The notes under the pieces were generated by a model that was given only the letters and a program-made list of their open reading frames with translations, did no database searches and was not told the DNA's origin. Positions 33,840 through 43,883 of a stretch of DNA of 64,000 nucleotides are shown piece after piece. The translations under genes were made by a program, and so were the position numbers. Every line of letters begins with the position of its first letter. Position 1 is the first letter of the stretch. The stretch is from sequence record SRR22947727_95. One strand, 5' to 3'.

Positions 33840-35999
33840 TCACATGAAATTTTGTGGGTCAATATCAATCTGAAGTTTGAGATTCGAATGTGTCTTAATT
33901 CTATCCTTCCATATCTGCATATATTTCGATAAATTAAATTCTAACCCTGATTGTACCAATATTCTTCTACGGTAACGCCCTCTGATACGACCCATAAGTG
34001 GTTCACTTGGACCCAAAACGGTCAAGTCATTGACCTTGGGTGCAACAGAAATAAATTTCTTCGCAAAAATATCAGTTTTTTTCTCATCAATACCAGAGAT
34101 TATAACTGCTGCGAGCTTACCAAAAGGAGGTAGTAGCAAGGCTTCTCGCAAATTTAATTCAGCCTCTATAAAGCTATCTCTATCACCTAACTCCAAAGCT
34201 GCTAATGCTTCATGTTCTGGTTGATGGGTTTGAATTAATGCATGTCCAGACTTTTTAGTTCGACCTGCCCTGCCAGATACCTGAACTAAGGTTTGAAAAG
34301 TTCTTTCACCTGCTCTCAAATCTCCTCCTGACAAGCTTAGGTCTCCATCTATAACACCAACAAAGGTTAAATTAGGAAAATTATGACCTTTGACTACCAT
34401 TTGCGTTCCAATCAATATATCGATCTCACCTTTTTCCATTCGTGACATTCTTGAAGCTAATTCTTTTGGTTTACCTGAGGTATCTGAAGAAAGTATTTCA
34501 ACATTAGCATTAGGAAACAAAATAGAAACTTCTTCATAAATTCTCTCAACACCTGGTCCTATTGATGTAAAAGAATCTTCTGCACAGCATTTAAGGCAAC
34601 TTTTTGGAATAGGCATTGAAAAACCTGTAAAATGACAAACTGCACGATTTGTAGATCTATGCTCGACTAACCAGCTATCTGTGTCTGGACTTTTTAATTT
34701 TTCTCCACAACTTTGACATAAAATTAGAGGCGCATACCCTCTTCTATTAAGATAAAGCATAGCCTGTTCATTATTCTGAAGCACTTTTTTAATCGCTAAG
34801 ATTAGTGGTTCTGATATAAATTTACCCTTTCTGGTTGGAAATTTTTTTAAATCCACCAATTCAACTTTTGGCAAGAAAGCAGAACCGGGTCTTTCCGGAA
34901 GTATAATGTGTGCATACTTACCACATCTCGCATTGACTAATGTCTCAAGAGAGGGTGTAGCAGAGGCCAAAATAACGGAATGATTTGATATTTTGGATCG
35001 TACGACTGACATATCTCTGGCATTATAAGTTACACCATCTTCTTGTTTGTAAGATGTATCGTGCTCCTCATCAACCACAATCAGTCTCAAACTTTCAAAA
35101 GGCAAATAAAGGGCTGACCTAGCACCAACAACTAACTTTGCTTGACCATTTTTTACTTCGCGCCATACTCTGCGTTTTGCGGCAACAGTCATTTGTGAGT
35201 GCCATGTAGCCGGAAATACTCCAAAACGCTTCTTAAAACGCGAGATTACTGCTTGAGTAAGAGAAATTTCAGGTACCAATATTAATGCTTGTCCGTTTTC
35301 TTTAATCGCCTCAGCTACAGCTTCGAAATAAACTTCCGTTTTTCCACTGCCGGTGACACCATCAAGAAGACTCACGTTAAAGGCTTTTTTTCTTACCTGT
35401 GAAACTAATTGTTCTGAAGCTATTGATTGGTCATTTGTTAAATTAAGTTTACCATAATTAACTATTGGTGCATCAAAGGGCCTGTCAACTTGATGTGCTT
35501 CGGAAATTAATCCTCCAGATCTAATAAAATTTCTGACAACGCCAAGACTGATATTCGCCCGTTTGGCTATTTCGCTAGCTCTAGCTGGAAAAGGACCTCC
35601 ATTATTTATCAGTGATAGCCTGGCAGTCGTTAATTTTGTTGGGAGGTTCTTGCTCAATGTAAAATAGTTTACTGTAGGACTTGTAACAAGAAACTTTAGG
35701 TTTCCTAAAACCATTTTTAAAACAAGGCCCGCAGGAACGCAGTTATATCTTGCTGTCCAAAAAATAAAATCAATCATCTCAAGGGTTATTGGCTTTACTG
35801 ACTTTATTGATACTACTTCTTTTAATTTTCTACTCTGATCTGCTTTGTCTAAGCTCACAACTACCCCTAATTTGATGTGTTTTCCGATTGGAGCATAGAC
35901 AAGGTTTCCAATTGAAATTTTAAAATCATAGGGAACGCTATAATCGAATGCACCAGGAACATTCACAGGAAAAAGAATTTGAGCATTTTGCATATCCAT
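33840..35999 (-). CDS. priA: Primosomal protein N' (replication restart helicase)
   Basis: GVTGSGKTEVY, DEEHD, SATPS, QVSGRAGR, DIDP. Confidence 0.96.
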   Translation of the reverse strand: MDMQNAQILFPVNVPGAFDYSVPYDFKISIGNLVYAPIGKHIKLGVVVSLDKADQSRKLKEVVSIKSVKPITLEMIDFIFWTARYNCVPAGLVLKMVLGNLKFLVTSPTVNYFTLSKNLPTKLTTARLSLINNGGPFPARASEIAKRANISLGVVRNFIRSGGLISEAHQVDRPFDAPIVNYGKLNLTNDQSIASEQLVSQVRKKAFNVSLLDGVTGSGKTEVYFEAVAEAIKENGQALILVPEISLTQAVISRFKKRFGVFPATWHSQMTVAAKRRVWREVKNGQAKLVVGARSALYLPFESLRLIVVDEEHDTSYKQEDGVTYNARDMSVVRSKISNHSVILASATPSLETLVNARCGKYAHIILPERPGSAFLPKVELVDLKKFPTRKGKFISEPLILAIKKVLQNNEQAMLYLNRRGYAPLILCQSCGEKLKSPDTDSWLVEHRSTNRAVCHFTGFSMPIPKSCLKCCAEDSFTSIGPGVERIYEEVSILFPNANVEILSSDTSGKPKELASRMSRMEKGEIDILIGTQMVVKGHNFPNLTFVGVIDGDLSLSGGDLRAGERTFQTLVQVSGRAGRTKKSGHALIQTHQPEHEALAALELGDRDSFIEAELNLREALLLPPFGKLAAVIISGIDEKKTDIFAKKFISVAPKVNDLTVLGPSEPLMGRIRGRYRRRILVQSGLEFNLSKYMQIWKDRIKTHSNLKLQIDIDPQNFM

Positions 36000-36050
36000 A
36001 AACTATGTTAGCAGAAATAAAAATAGAATCGCCCCCTAATGGAGAATACA

Positions 36051-36704
36051 ATGAAATTTTTTGTTGATAGTGCAGATCTTGATGCAATTGCAGAGTTAAA
36101 CGATATAGGATTGGTAGATGGAGTGACAACTAACCCCTCTATCATCGCTAAGTCTGGAAGAGATTTTAAACAGGTTATATCAGAAATATGTAAAATTACA
36201 GATGGACATGTAAGTGCCGAGGTTGTTGCTTTGGAAGCTGAAAAAATGATTGAGGAAGGGCGTTATCTTAGAAAAATTGCACCTAATGTTTGCGTTAAGC
36301 TTCCACTAACAATGGATGGCTTAAAAGCATGTAATATACTATCTAAAGAGGGTACACCAACAAATGTGACATTATGCTTTTCGCCAAATCAAGCGCTGCT
36401 TGCTGCTAAATGCGGTGCCACGTACATATCACCATTTATTGGTAGGTTAGATGACATCTCTCTTGATGGTATGGAACTAATTGAAGATATAAGAACAATC
36501 TACGATAACTATGGTTATGAAACTGAAATTTTAGCCGCCTCAATAAGGAGCGCAAATCATGTTAAAGAATGCGCAATTGTCGGAGCAGATGTTATGACAG
36601 CACCACCAAAGGTTATTAAGGCTTTATCAAGCCATGCTCTTACAGATAAAGGATTAGCTGCATTTATGGTTGATTGGAAAAAAACTGGCCAGACAATTCT
36701 TTAA
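36051..36704 (+). CDS. tal: Transaldolase (small Tal/Fsa family)
   Basis: [19 protein letters not shown] (Schiff-base Lys), YISPFIGR (Phe, transaldolase-type), AASIR. GGAG RBS before ATG 36051. Confidence 0.9.
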   Translation: MKFFVDSADLDAIAELNDIGLVDGVTTNPSIIAKSGRDFKQVISEICKITDGHVSAEVVALEAEKMIEEGRYLRKIAPNVCVKLPLTMDGLKACNILSKEGTPTNVTLCFSPNQALLAAKCGATYISPFIGRLDDISLDGMELIEDIRTIYDNYGYETEILAASIRSANHVKECAIVGADVMTAPPKVIKALSSHALTDKGLAAFMVDWKKTGQTIL

Positions 36705-36740
36705 CACTAAAAAATCAAATTCCCATGGTGAACTAAAGCT

Positions 36741-37364
36741 ATGTCTTTAGAGCTTTGGCTGGCCTTGGTTGCTTTATTTGGTGTTGGCGGTTTGACACCC
36801 GGACCAGCAGTAATGTTGGTTATGTCTTCTTCATTTAGATTTGGTTTCAAGTCAGCAATGCTTCCTGCATTTGGCATAGCCAGTGCCAATGTTGTATGGC
36901 TTTTGATGGCTGCTACTGGGGCTGCCATTCTAGCAACAAAATTTCCTAATGCATTTATGATTTTAAAAGGCGTAGGGTTCTTGGTAATATTATACCTTGC
37001 ATTATCAGCTATTTTTGGTCCTCTACCAGATACGAATGCTAAAATTAATAATGCACCTCGTAAGAAAAATTTATACTCTAAAGGCCTTGCATTACAATTA
37101 TCCAGTCCAATGCCTCTGGTTTATTTTGGACTTCTCTTACCAAACTATTTTGATACGTCCTACTCATTAAAAAGCCAAGTTTTAATAATGTTTCTAACAG
37201 TAACTATCACCGAACTCATTGGGTTGAGTGTGTATGCTTATTGTGCCGACAAAATAAGACATTGGTTAAAACAAACTTGGTCAGCAAGAGTCTTTAATAT
37301 TCTAATTGGGCTTATAATGATTGCATCTGGAGTATGGGCTTTAATGTCTACAACTGAATTTTAA
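36741..37364 (+). CDS. LysE/RhtB family translocator
   Basis: LTPGPAV motif, about 6 TM segments. Confidence 0.88.
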   Translation: MSLELWLALVALFGVGGLTPGPAVMLVMSSSFRFGFKSAMLPAFGIASANVVWLLMAATGAAILATKFPNAFMILKGVGFLVILYLALSAIFGPLPDTNAKINNAPRKKNLYSKGLALQLSSPMPLVYFGLLLPNYFDTSYSLKSQVLIMFLTVTITELIGLSVYAYCADKIRHWLKQTWSARVFNILIGLIMIASGVWALMSTTEF

Positions 37365-37431
37365 ATATTGTATTTGATACTAAAAAAGCTAAAGCAACAC
37401 AAATGATCAAATAACTGCAAGATAAGTTTAA

Positions 37432-37959
37432 ATGAATATAAATAATATATCCTCAGGGATAAACCCTCCAAATGACATTAATGTAATAATTGAAGTGCCC
37501 CTAGGAGGGGAACCTATAAAGTATGAGATGGATAAAGACTCAGGTGCAATGTTTGTTGATCGGTTTCTTTACACTGCGATGCGGTATCCATGTAATTATG
37601 GCTTCATACCACATACATTATCAGACGATGGCGACCCGACTGACGTCCTTGTGGTTGGTAACAGGGCTTTAATGCCAGGCTCTGTGATCAGAGCAAGGCC
37701 AATTGGAGTTTTAATGATGGAAGACGAAGCTGGTATAGATGAAAAAATCATAGCTGTACCACACCAAAAATTAACGAAGTACTATGATTTAATTCAAGAT
37801 TACACTGATTTACCTCAATTAATGCAGGACAGAATTCCACATTTTTTTGAACATTACAAAGACTTGGAACCTGACAAATGGGTTAAAATTCTAGGTTGGG
37901 AAACAAGAGAAAAAGCTCATGATTTGATTGAAAAAGGCATAATAGCCTTTACGCGCTAA
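37432..37959 (+). CDS. ppa: Soluble inorganic pyrophosphatase (family I)
   Basis: [35 protein letters not shown]. Confidence 0.97.
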   Translation: MNINNISSGINPPNDINVIIEVPLGGEPIKYEMDKDSGAMFVDRFLYTAMRYPCNYGFIPHTLSDDGDPTDVLVVGNRALMPGSVIRARPIGVLMMEDEAGIDEKIIAVPHQKLTKYYDLIQDYTDLPQLMQDRIPHFFEHYKDLEPDKWVKILGWETREKAHDLIEKGIIAFTR

Positions 37960-38056
37960 ACAACCACTCATTATACTTTATTGAACATTTAGTCTAATCT
38001 ATCAAAATAAGACTCTTGATTATAACTCTTAATTGCTTAAAGAGAACTTATTAACC

Positions 38057-38147
38057 GCGAGGGGAAGCGTTTATCTATTAAAGGTATTCGGCCAACTTTA
38101 CTTTAGCGAGGGGAAGCGATTGTTTGTTTAAAACAGCCGGCCAACTT
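38057..38147 (+). ncRNA. Tandem structured leader motif (two 42-nt units), candidate orphan riboswitch upstream of hppA
   Basis: GCGAGGGGAAGCG-N19-CGGCCAACTT at 38057-38098 and 38106-38147. The 19-nt spacers differ but both form hairpins. Confidence 0.6.
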
Positions 38148-38198
38148 CATTACATATGCACCGTTGAATACGGTCTTAACTATTAGGAGAGAGTAAAA

Positions 38199-40295
38199 AT
38201 GACTCTTAATCTTATCATAGCAGCGGGATTACTCGCTGTGATTTATGGTATCATAACTCGAGCAAGCTTAATGAAAGCTTCAACCGGTAATGAACGAATG
38301 AATGAAATTGCGGGGGCAATTCAAGAAGGAGCGAAAGCATACTTAAACAAACAGTATAAAACTATAGCAATAGTTGGTGTTGCTGTAACAATTTTACTTT
38401 ATTTATTATTTCAAAACGCAATAGCCCCTATTGGTTTTGTTTTAGGTGCCGTTTTATCAGGTATAGCTGGCTATGTTGGAATGCTTGTATCCGTTCAAGC
38501 GAATGTTCGTACTACTGAAGCTTCTCGAGAGAGTTTAGGCTCAGGACTTAATGTAGCATTTAAAGCTGGCGCAATAACAGGAATGCTTGTTGCAGGATTA
38601 GCTCTGCTAGGACTATCAGGATACTACATGGTTCTAACTGGTCCTATGGAAGCAGATGCACGTGGCATAATTGATGGGTTGGTTTCTCTTTCACTTGGCG
38701 CCTCACTAATTTCAGTATTCGCCAGATTAGGAGGAGGAATATTTACTAAAGGAGCCGATGTTGGTGGTGATTTAGTGGGTAAGGTAGAAGCAGGAATTCC
38801 CGAAGACGATCCACGGAATCCAGCCACTATAGCGGATAATGTTGGTGATAATGTTGGTGATTGCGCAGGTATGGCCGCAGACTTATTTGAAACATATGTT
38901 GTGACAATTGCTGCAACCATGGTTCTCGGTTCAATACTATTTGCAAGTATTGAAACATTAAAACTATATCCAATGGCAATAGCAGCTTCTTGTATAGTAA
39001 CATCAATTATCGGTACATATTTTGTTAAACTCGGTAAAAACTCTACAAATGTTATGGGGGCTTTGTACAAGGGTCTGATAGCAACTGGTGTACTATCCGC
39101 AGCTGCTATATATATCGTCACACGCCATACAATCGGTCTAGGAGAAATTGAAGGTACTAGCTTCTCTGGAATGGATCTTTTCTTTTGCTCAATAATTGGC
39201 TTAATAATAACTGGTGCTATTGTTGTAGTTACAGAGTACTATACAGGAGTTAACTATCGTCCAGTAAAATCTGTTGCAGCTGCATCAGAGTCTGGTCATG
39301 GCACCAATGTTATCCAAGGTCTTGCAGTATCTATGGAGGCTACAGCAGTGCCTGTATTAATTATTGTTTTTGGTATAATTGGAACATATGCTTTAGCTGA
39401 TCTTTACGGCATCGCAATAGCGGTTACTGCTATGCTGGGCGTCGCCGGCATGATAGTTGCTCTCGATGCTTTCGGACCTGTAACTGATAATGCAGGCGGT
39501 ATTGCTGAAATGGCAGAGCTTCCCTCAGAGGTCAGGAACACTACTGATACTTTAGATGCGGTAGGTAATACAACAAAAGCTGTAACCAAAGGTTATGCGA
39601 TTGCGTCAGCTGGTTTGGGAGCTTTAGTATTATTCGCAGCTTACTATAAAGATGTTGAGTATTTTGCATCCAAAGCAATAGAAGGTTCCTTTTTCTATGG
39701 ATTAGATACATTGCAATTTAGTTTAACAAATCCATATGTTATTGTAGGCTTGTTCATTGGTGGTCTTTTACCATATCTATTTGGTGCATGGGCTATGCAG
39801 TCAGTAGGTCGCGCTGCTAGTGCAATCGTTGAAGAAGTTAGACGCCAATTTAAGGCTGATCCAGGCATTATGAAAGGTACTTCGCGACCAGATTATGCAA
39901 AAGCGGTCGACTTACTAACTGGTGCTGCGATTAAAGAAATGATTAAGCCTTCATTGCTACCAATCCTTGCGCCAATCGTTCTATTTTTTGCTGTAAAACT
40001 GATGGCAGGCAATGCGGCGGCTGTTGAAGCTTTAGGAGCAATGCTTCTGGGTGTTATTGTTACTGGTTTATTTGTTGCGCTCTCCATGACTGCCGGTGGC
40101 GGTGCTTGGGATAACGCCAAGAAATATATCGAAGACGGCAATCACGGCGGAAAAGGCTCTGATGCTCATAAAGCATCAGTGACAGGAGATACTGTAGGAG
40201 ACCCCTATAAAGATACTGCGGGACCAGCTGTGAATCCGATGATAAAGATAACAAATATCATTGCTCTTCTTTTATTAGCTGTATTAGCTCATTAG
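38199..40295 (+). CDS. hppA: Membrane-bound proton-translocating pyrophosphatase, K+-independent type
   Basis: [49 protein letters not shown] (Lys = K+-independent), [10 protein letters not shown]. Confidence 0.96.
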   Translation: MTLNLIIAAGLLAVIYGIITRASLMKASTGNERMNEIAGAIQEGAKAYLNKQYKTIAIVGVAVTILLYLLFQNAIAPIGFVLGAVLSGIAGYVGMLVSVQANVRTTEASRESLGSGLNVAFKAGAITGMLVAGLALLGLSGYYMVLTGPMEADARGIIDGLVSLSLGASLISVFARLGGGIFTKGADVGGDLVGKVEAGIPEDDPRNPATIADNVGDNVGDCAGMAADLFETYVVTIAATMVLGSILFASIETLKLYPMAIAASCIVTSIIGTYFVKLGKNSTNVMGALYKGLIATGVLSAAAIYIVTRHTIGLGEIEGTSFSGMDLFFCSIIGLIITGAIVVVTEYYTGVNYRPVKSVAAASESGHGTNVIQGLAVSMEATAVPVLIIVFGIIGTYALADLYGIAIAVTAMLGVAGMIVALDAFGPVTDNAGGIAEMAELPSEVRNTTDTLDAVGNTTKAVTKGYAIASAGLGALVLFAAYYKDVEYFASKAIEGSFFYGLDTLQFSLTNPYVIVGLFIGGLLPYLFGAWAMQSVGRAASAIVEEVRRQFKADPGIMKGTSRPDYAKAVDLLTGAAIKEMIKPSLLPILAPIVLFFAVKLMAGNAAAVEALGAMLLGVIVTGLFVALSMTAGGGAWDNAKKYIEDGNHGGKGSDAHKASVTGDTVGDPYKDTAGPAVNPMIKITNIIALLLLAVLAH

Positions 40296-40324
40296 CTAGT
40301 TCGATTTTAAATAGCTAAATAGTT

Positions 40325-40348
40325 AACCCCGCCTAGGCGGGGTTTTTT
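40325..40348 (+). terminator. Intrinsic terminator after hppA
   Basis: AACCCCGCC-ta-GGCGGGGTT followed by a T run. Confidence 0.88.
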
Positions 40349-40431
40349 ATTTTCAATAAAAAACTTAACTATATTTAATTATACTTTTACCTTAAATATG
40401 ATAATGTTATTTTAATTAAAGGAGTTTGCAC

Positions 40432-41067
40432 ATGAAAATTCAAAAATTAATCACTTTATTTGTATTTTCAATCCTTGCCTCATGTACTACCGCTACACCT
40501 TATCAGCCAGCTTCAAAAACAGGTTCGTATGACGGTTTTAGCCAAACTAACATCGAAAAAGATAGGGTAAGAATAACATTTGGAGGAAATTCTCTAACTG
40601 ACCGTGAAACAGTAGAGAACTATCTTCTCTTCAGAGCAGCAGAAATTGCATTAGAAAAGAAATTTGATCACTTCATACTGGTAAAAAGAGATGTAGAAGA
40701 AAAAAAGCGTATAAGAACAACATCTAGTTCACACTCTAGTATATATGACCCATATTTTGGGTACAGTTTTTTTAGCCCAAATTTTGGTTGGAGCCAGAGA
40801 TACCCTTACTCTAGTTTCGGAGGCTTTTCATCTGCCAGGTTATATGGAAGAGCAAGGTTTGGACATAGAGGATTTGGATACGGATCCGCCTTTAGATACG
40901 ATCCATTTTTTGATGATATCGAAATACGCGAAATAATAAAATATAAAGCAACTGCAGAAGTTGTGTTTGGTAAAGGTAATAAACCAATGGATAAAGAAAA
41001 TGCATTTAATGCACCTGAAGTATATAAAAATCTAAAGGGTAAAATAATAAGACCAGAAATTAAATAA
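40432..41067 (+). CDS. Lipoprotein of unknown function (resembles the Caulobacter CC0125/CC1285-type family)
   Basis: Lipobox LASC, TPYQP, RITFGGNSLTDRETVENYLLFRAAE, aromatic/Gly-rich insert. GGAG RBS fits ATG 40432. Family assignment is from memory. Confidence 0.7.
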   Translation: MKIQKLITLFVFSILASCTTATPYQPASKTGSYDGFSQTNIEKDRVRITFGGNSLTDRETVENYLLFRAAEIALEKKFDHFILVKRDVEEKKRIRTTSSSHSSIYDPYFGYSFFSPNFGWSQRYPYSSFGGFSSARLYGRARFGHRGFGYGSAFRYDPFFDDIEIREIIKYKATAEVVFGKGNKPMDKENAFNAPEVYKNLKGKIIRPEIK

Positions 41068-41088
41068 TTACATAAACTAACAAGAGCT

Positions 41089-41119
41089 AAAAAACCCATC
41101 TTTCAGATGGGTTTTTTTT
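41089..41119 (+). terminator. Intrinsic terminator (potentially bidirectional)
   Basis: AAAAAACCCATC-tttca-GATGGGTTTTTTTT. Confidence 0.85.
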
Positions 41120-41151
41120 AAATAAATAACAAATAAAATTTATATTTACAC

Positions 41152-41208
41152 TTGCGAATAATTCTCAATTGCATTAGGAGATTTTCTGTTAATGAGAATT
41201 ATTCGCAA
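41152..41208. promoter_or_regulatory. Two Fur-type boxes upstream of the TonB-dependent receptor
   Basis: TTGCGAATAATTCTCA (41152-41167) and its exact reverse complement TGAGAATTATTCGCAA (41193-41208); each is a near-palindromic 7-1-7 box. Confidence 0.75.
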
Positions 41209-41220
41209 AAGGTAAAAATA

Positions 41221-43404
41221 ATGTTTATCAGAACACATACTAAAAATTTTCATGAATTACTTCTTGGATTAAGTTTATCAGTACTATCCAGTTCAATAGC
41301 AGTCGCCCAATCTTATTCGGGGTCCAGCGAGAACAAAAAAGTTGAAGAAATTGTCGTCACCGGAAAATACTTGTTTTCAGATCAAGTTAATGCGCTTAAA
41401 AGTCCAACGCCAATCATTGACGTCCCGCAATCACTTTCTATTATAACGGCTGATCAAATCACAAACCAAGGGTTTGATACTGTCGGCGACATCATCAATT
41501 ATATTCCAGGCGTCACCAACTCCCAGGGCGAGGGTCATCGTGATTCAGTTGTTTTCCGAGGTGTTCGTTCAACATCTGACTTCTTCGTCGATGGTGTACG
41601 CGATGATGTTCAATATTATCGCAGTCTTTACAATATCGACCAAGTTGAAATTCTACGCGGCGCTAATGCGCTCCTATTCGGTCGCGGCGGTACAGGCGGC
41701 CTCGTTAATCGAGTAACAAAAAAAGGTCAAATTGGTGAAGATTTTACAGGTTACAAGGCAGCCATCGATACATTTGGCGCTTTTGCAGCCGAAATCGACA
41801 GTAACTTTGCAGCAAGCGACACTTCAGCATTCCGTATCAATGCCATATATGAGAGCCTGAATAACCACCGTGATTTCTATGATGGCGACCGGGTTGCATT
41901 TAACCCAACAGTGCGTTTTGAACTAAGTCCATCGTCCACAGTCGATTTGTCTTATGAATATATCGACAATGAACGTTTCATTGACCGCGGTATTCCTATT
42001 AATGATTTGGCTGGCGGCGACTTCCAGCCCGTTGAAGCTTTTGAGAACATTGTTTTTGGTGACCCAGAACTAAATACAGCTGAAGCTAAAGCTCACATCT
42101 TACGCGCAACATTGACACAAAACTTCTCTGACAACTTTAAGGGTGTTTTTAACGCAACTTATAGTGACTTTGATAAACTATATCAAAACTTCTATTCACA
42201 AGACCTGCGCTCTCTAACGACAGACAGGACAAGCGGTATCGTTCGTCTCGACGGTTATGTCGATACAACTCAGCGTAAGAGCTTTAACATCTCAGGCAAC
42301 CTTATTGGTGAATATGCTACGGGCGGTATTGAGCACACAATCGTGACAGGCATAGAGTATCGCGGCACATCAAACAACAATGATCGTTTCAATCCCGAAT
42401 TCCCATTTGGGGCTGATGGTATCGGCGATGATCGTGAAGATTTTATTATCGCGCGTCCTTTAAACTTATCCGGCGGTTCTGGCGTAGACTCTGATGATAA
42501 TGTATTTACTGTTACATTTACAGGCCTCAATGATCAAACAGAGTCAGATATTAAAGTCTTCTCTGCTTTCATCCAAGACGAAATAGCGGTTTCCGATAAC
42601 TTTGACATTATTCTGGGCGGACGATTTGATAGCTTTGATATGTCAACAGATGATATTGGACGCAATACTTATGGCTTATCGCGTAAAGATAAAAAGTTTT
42701 CCCCGCGTGCGGGTCTGGTTTTTAAGCCTCAAGAAAATATCTCTGTTTACGGTAGCTATAGCCAAAGTTTCCTGCCCCGTACAGGAGAACAATTCGCAGG
42801 CCTAAGAAGATCTTCCCCTGGAAGTGTTCAAAGCGACATTCTCTCACCTGACGAATTTGAAAACCTGGAGGCAGGTCTTAAATGGGACTTAATAGATGGC
42901 CTCAGCTTTACAGCGTCAGTTTTCAAAAATGAGTCAATGCGTGCCTCACGTGCAGATATAAATGCAGACGAAACAGAAGTGCAAGGATTGTCAGTTGATG
43001 GCTTCGAGCTTCAACTTGAAGGTGAAGTCACAGACCGTCTGTACGTTCGGGCAGGTTATGCCAACCTCACCGGTGAAACATCTAATGGCGGTGTTACACC
43101 GCGTGAATTACCTAAGAAGACCTTCTCAATCTGGACCAATTATAGAGTCACAGACAAATTTGGTTTTGGCCTGGGAGCTACTCATCAAGGTGAGGCATTG
43201 ACAGGTAATGGAAGCGCAACATTCCTCCCCTCTTTCACTCGTTTTGACGCTGCAGCTTATTATGATGTGAATGATACTTTTCGTGTTCAAATCAATGTTG
43301 AAAACCTGACAGATACGCTATACTTCCCATCATCGCACAGCACACACCAGGCAACAGTTGGAGTACCGCTCAACGCACGCATCTCTGTATCAGGACGCTT
43401 TTAA
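41221..43404 (+). CDS. TonB-dependent receptor, probably siderophore/iron uptake (Fiu/PiuA-like)
   Basis: Signal peptide, TonB box EEIVVTG, plug motifs PQSLSII and VEILRGANALLFGRG, NVENLTD, terminal Phe. ATG 41221 preferred because the ORF-track start lies in a Fur box. Confidence 0.93.
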   Translation: MFIRTHTKNFHELLLGLSLSVLSSSIAVAQSYSGSSENKKVEEIVVTGKYLFSDQVNALKSPTPIIDVPQSLSIITADQITNQGFDTVGDIINYIPGVTNSQGEGHRDSVVFRGVRSTSDFFVDGVRDDVQYYRSLYNIDQVEILRGANALLFGRGGTGGLVNRVTKKGQIGEDFTGYKAAIDTFGAFAAEIDSNFAASDTSAFRINAIYESLNNHRDFYDGDRVAFNPTVRFELSPSSTVDLSYEYIDNERFIDRGIPINDLAGGDFQPVEAFENIVFGDPELNTAEAKAHILRATLTQNFSDNFKGVFNATYSDFDKLYQNFYSQDLRSLTTDRTSGIVRLDGYVDTTQRKSFNISGNLIGEYATGGIEHTIVTGIEYRGTSNNNDRFNPEFPFGADGIGDDREDFIIARPLNLSGGSGVDSDDNVFTVTFTGLNDQTESDIKVFSAFIQDEIAVSDNFDIILGGRFDSFDMSTDDIGRNTYGLSRKDKKFSPRAGLVFKPQENISVYGSYSQSFLPRTGEQFAGLRRSSPGSVQSDILSPDEFENLEAGLKWDLIDGLSFTASVFKNESMRASRADINADETEVQGLSVDGFELQLEGEVTDRLYVRAGYANLTGETSNGGVTPRELPKKTFSIWTNYRVTDKFGFGLGATHQGEALTGNGSATFLPSFTRFDAAAYYDVNDTFRVQINVENLTDTLYFPSSHSTHQATVGVPLNARISVSGRF

Positions 43405-43541
43405 GAAAGATTTTTTATCCATACGATTTTAGATGCCAAAAAAAATAAAAATCATACACTTGATTTTTTATTAATTTAACGCGATATAGCCCGCCACAGT
43501 GGCACGCTTTTTTTGTGCAATTATAATAGCAAGGATTTTTC

Positions 43542-43883
43542 ATGAGTTTACCAGGGCAAAATTTTAACGATCGCCTTAAAGAACAAAAGCAAGCTAAGTT
43601 AGCTATGCTCAAGCGAGCCAAAGATAAACAACTTGATCCTGAGCAAAAAGCAAAGCTTCTAAAAGAAAGAGCCATCCGTAATGAAGAAAGAGCTAAGCGT
43701 GAAGCTGAAAAAGAAGCCTTACGCAAATCAAAAATAGAAAAGCTAGCCCTAGAAAAAGCTGAAAAAGATAGAAAAAATAAATTAGCTCAAGAAGCAGCAC
43801 AAAAAGCAAAAGTAGAAATGGAGCGAGCCGCAAAGGCCCGTAGAGATGCCAAGTATGCAGCCAGAAAAGCACGCAAACGCTAG
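43542..43883 (+). CDS. Charged helical protein (DUF6481-like)
   Basis: FNDRLK N-terminus and KARRDAKYAARKARKR C-terminus; family assignment from memory. Confidence 0.7.
   Translation: MSLPGQNFNDRLKEQKQAKLAMLKRAKDKQLDPEQKAKLLKERAIRNEERAKREAEKEALRKSKIEKLALEKAEKDRKNKLAQEAAQKAKVEMERAAKARRDAKYAARKARKR

Noticed and set aside
38057-38147. hppA leader repeats as a CRISPR mini-array or fluoride riboswitch
   Set aside because: Only two units, alternating conserved blocks, 19-nt spacers and no cas genes. It lacks the GGCGAUG...CGCC P1 and UAAUGAC elements of the fluoride aptamer.
38835-38862. Tandem repeat GATAATGTTGGT within hppA
   Set aside because: It simply encodes the conserved DNVGDNVGD motif.
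41152-41220. N-terminal extension of the TonB-dependent receptor from TTG 41152
   Set aside because: The region is occupied by the two Fur-like boxes, and the signal peptide fits a start at ATG 41221.
43415-43726. Minus-strand ORFs overlapping the DUF6481-like gene
   Set aside because: Antisense shadows of a Lys/Glu/Ala-rich gene; the plus-strand frame has an RBS (AAGGA) and a recognisable family pattern.
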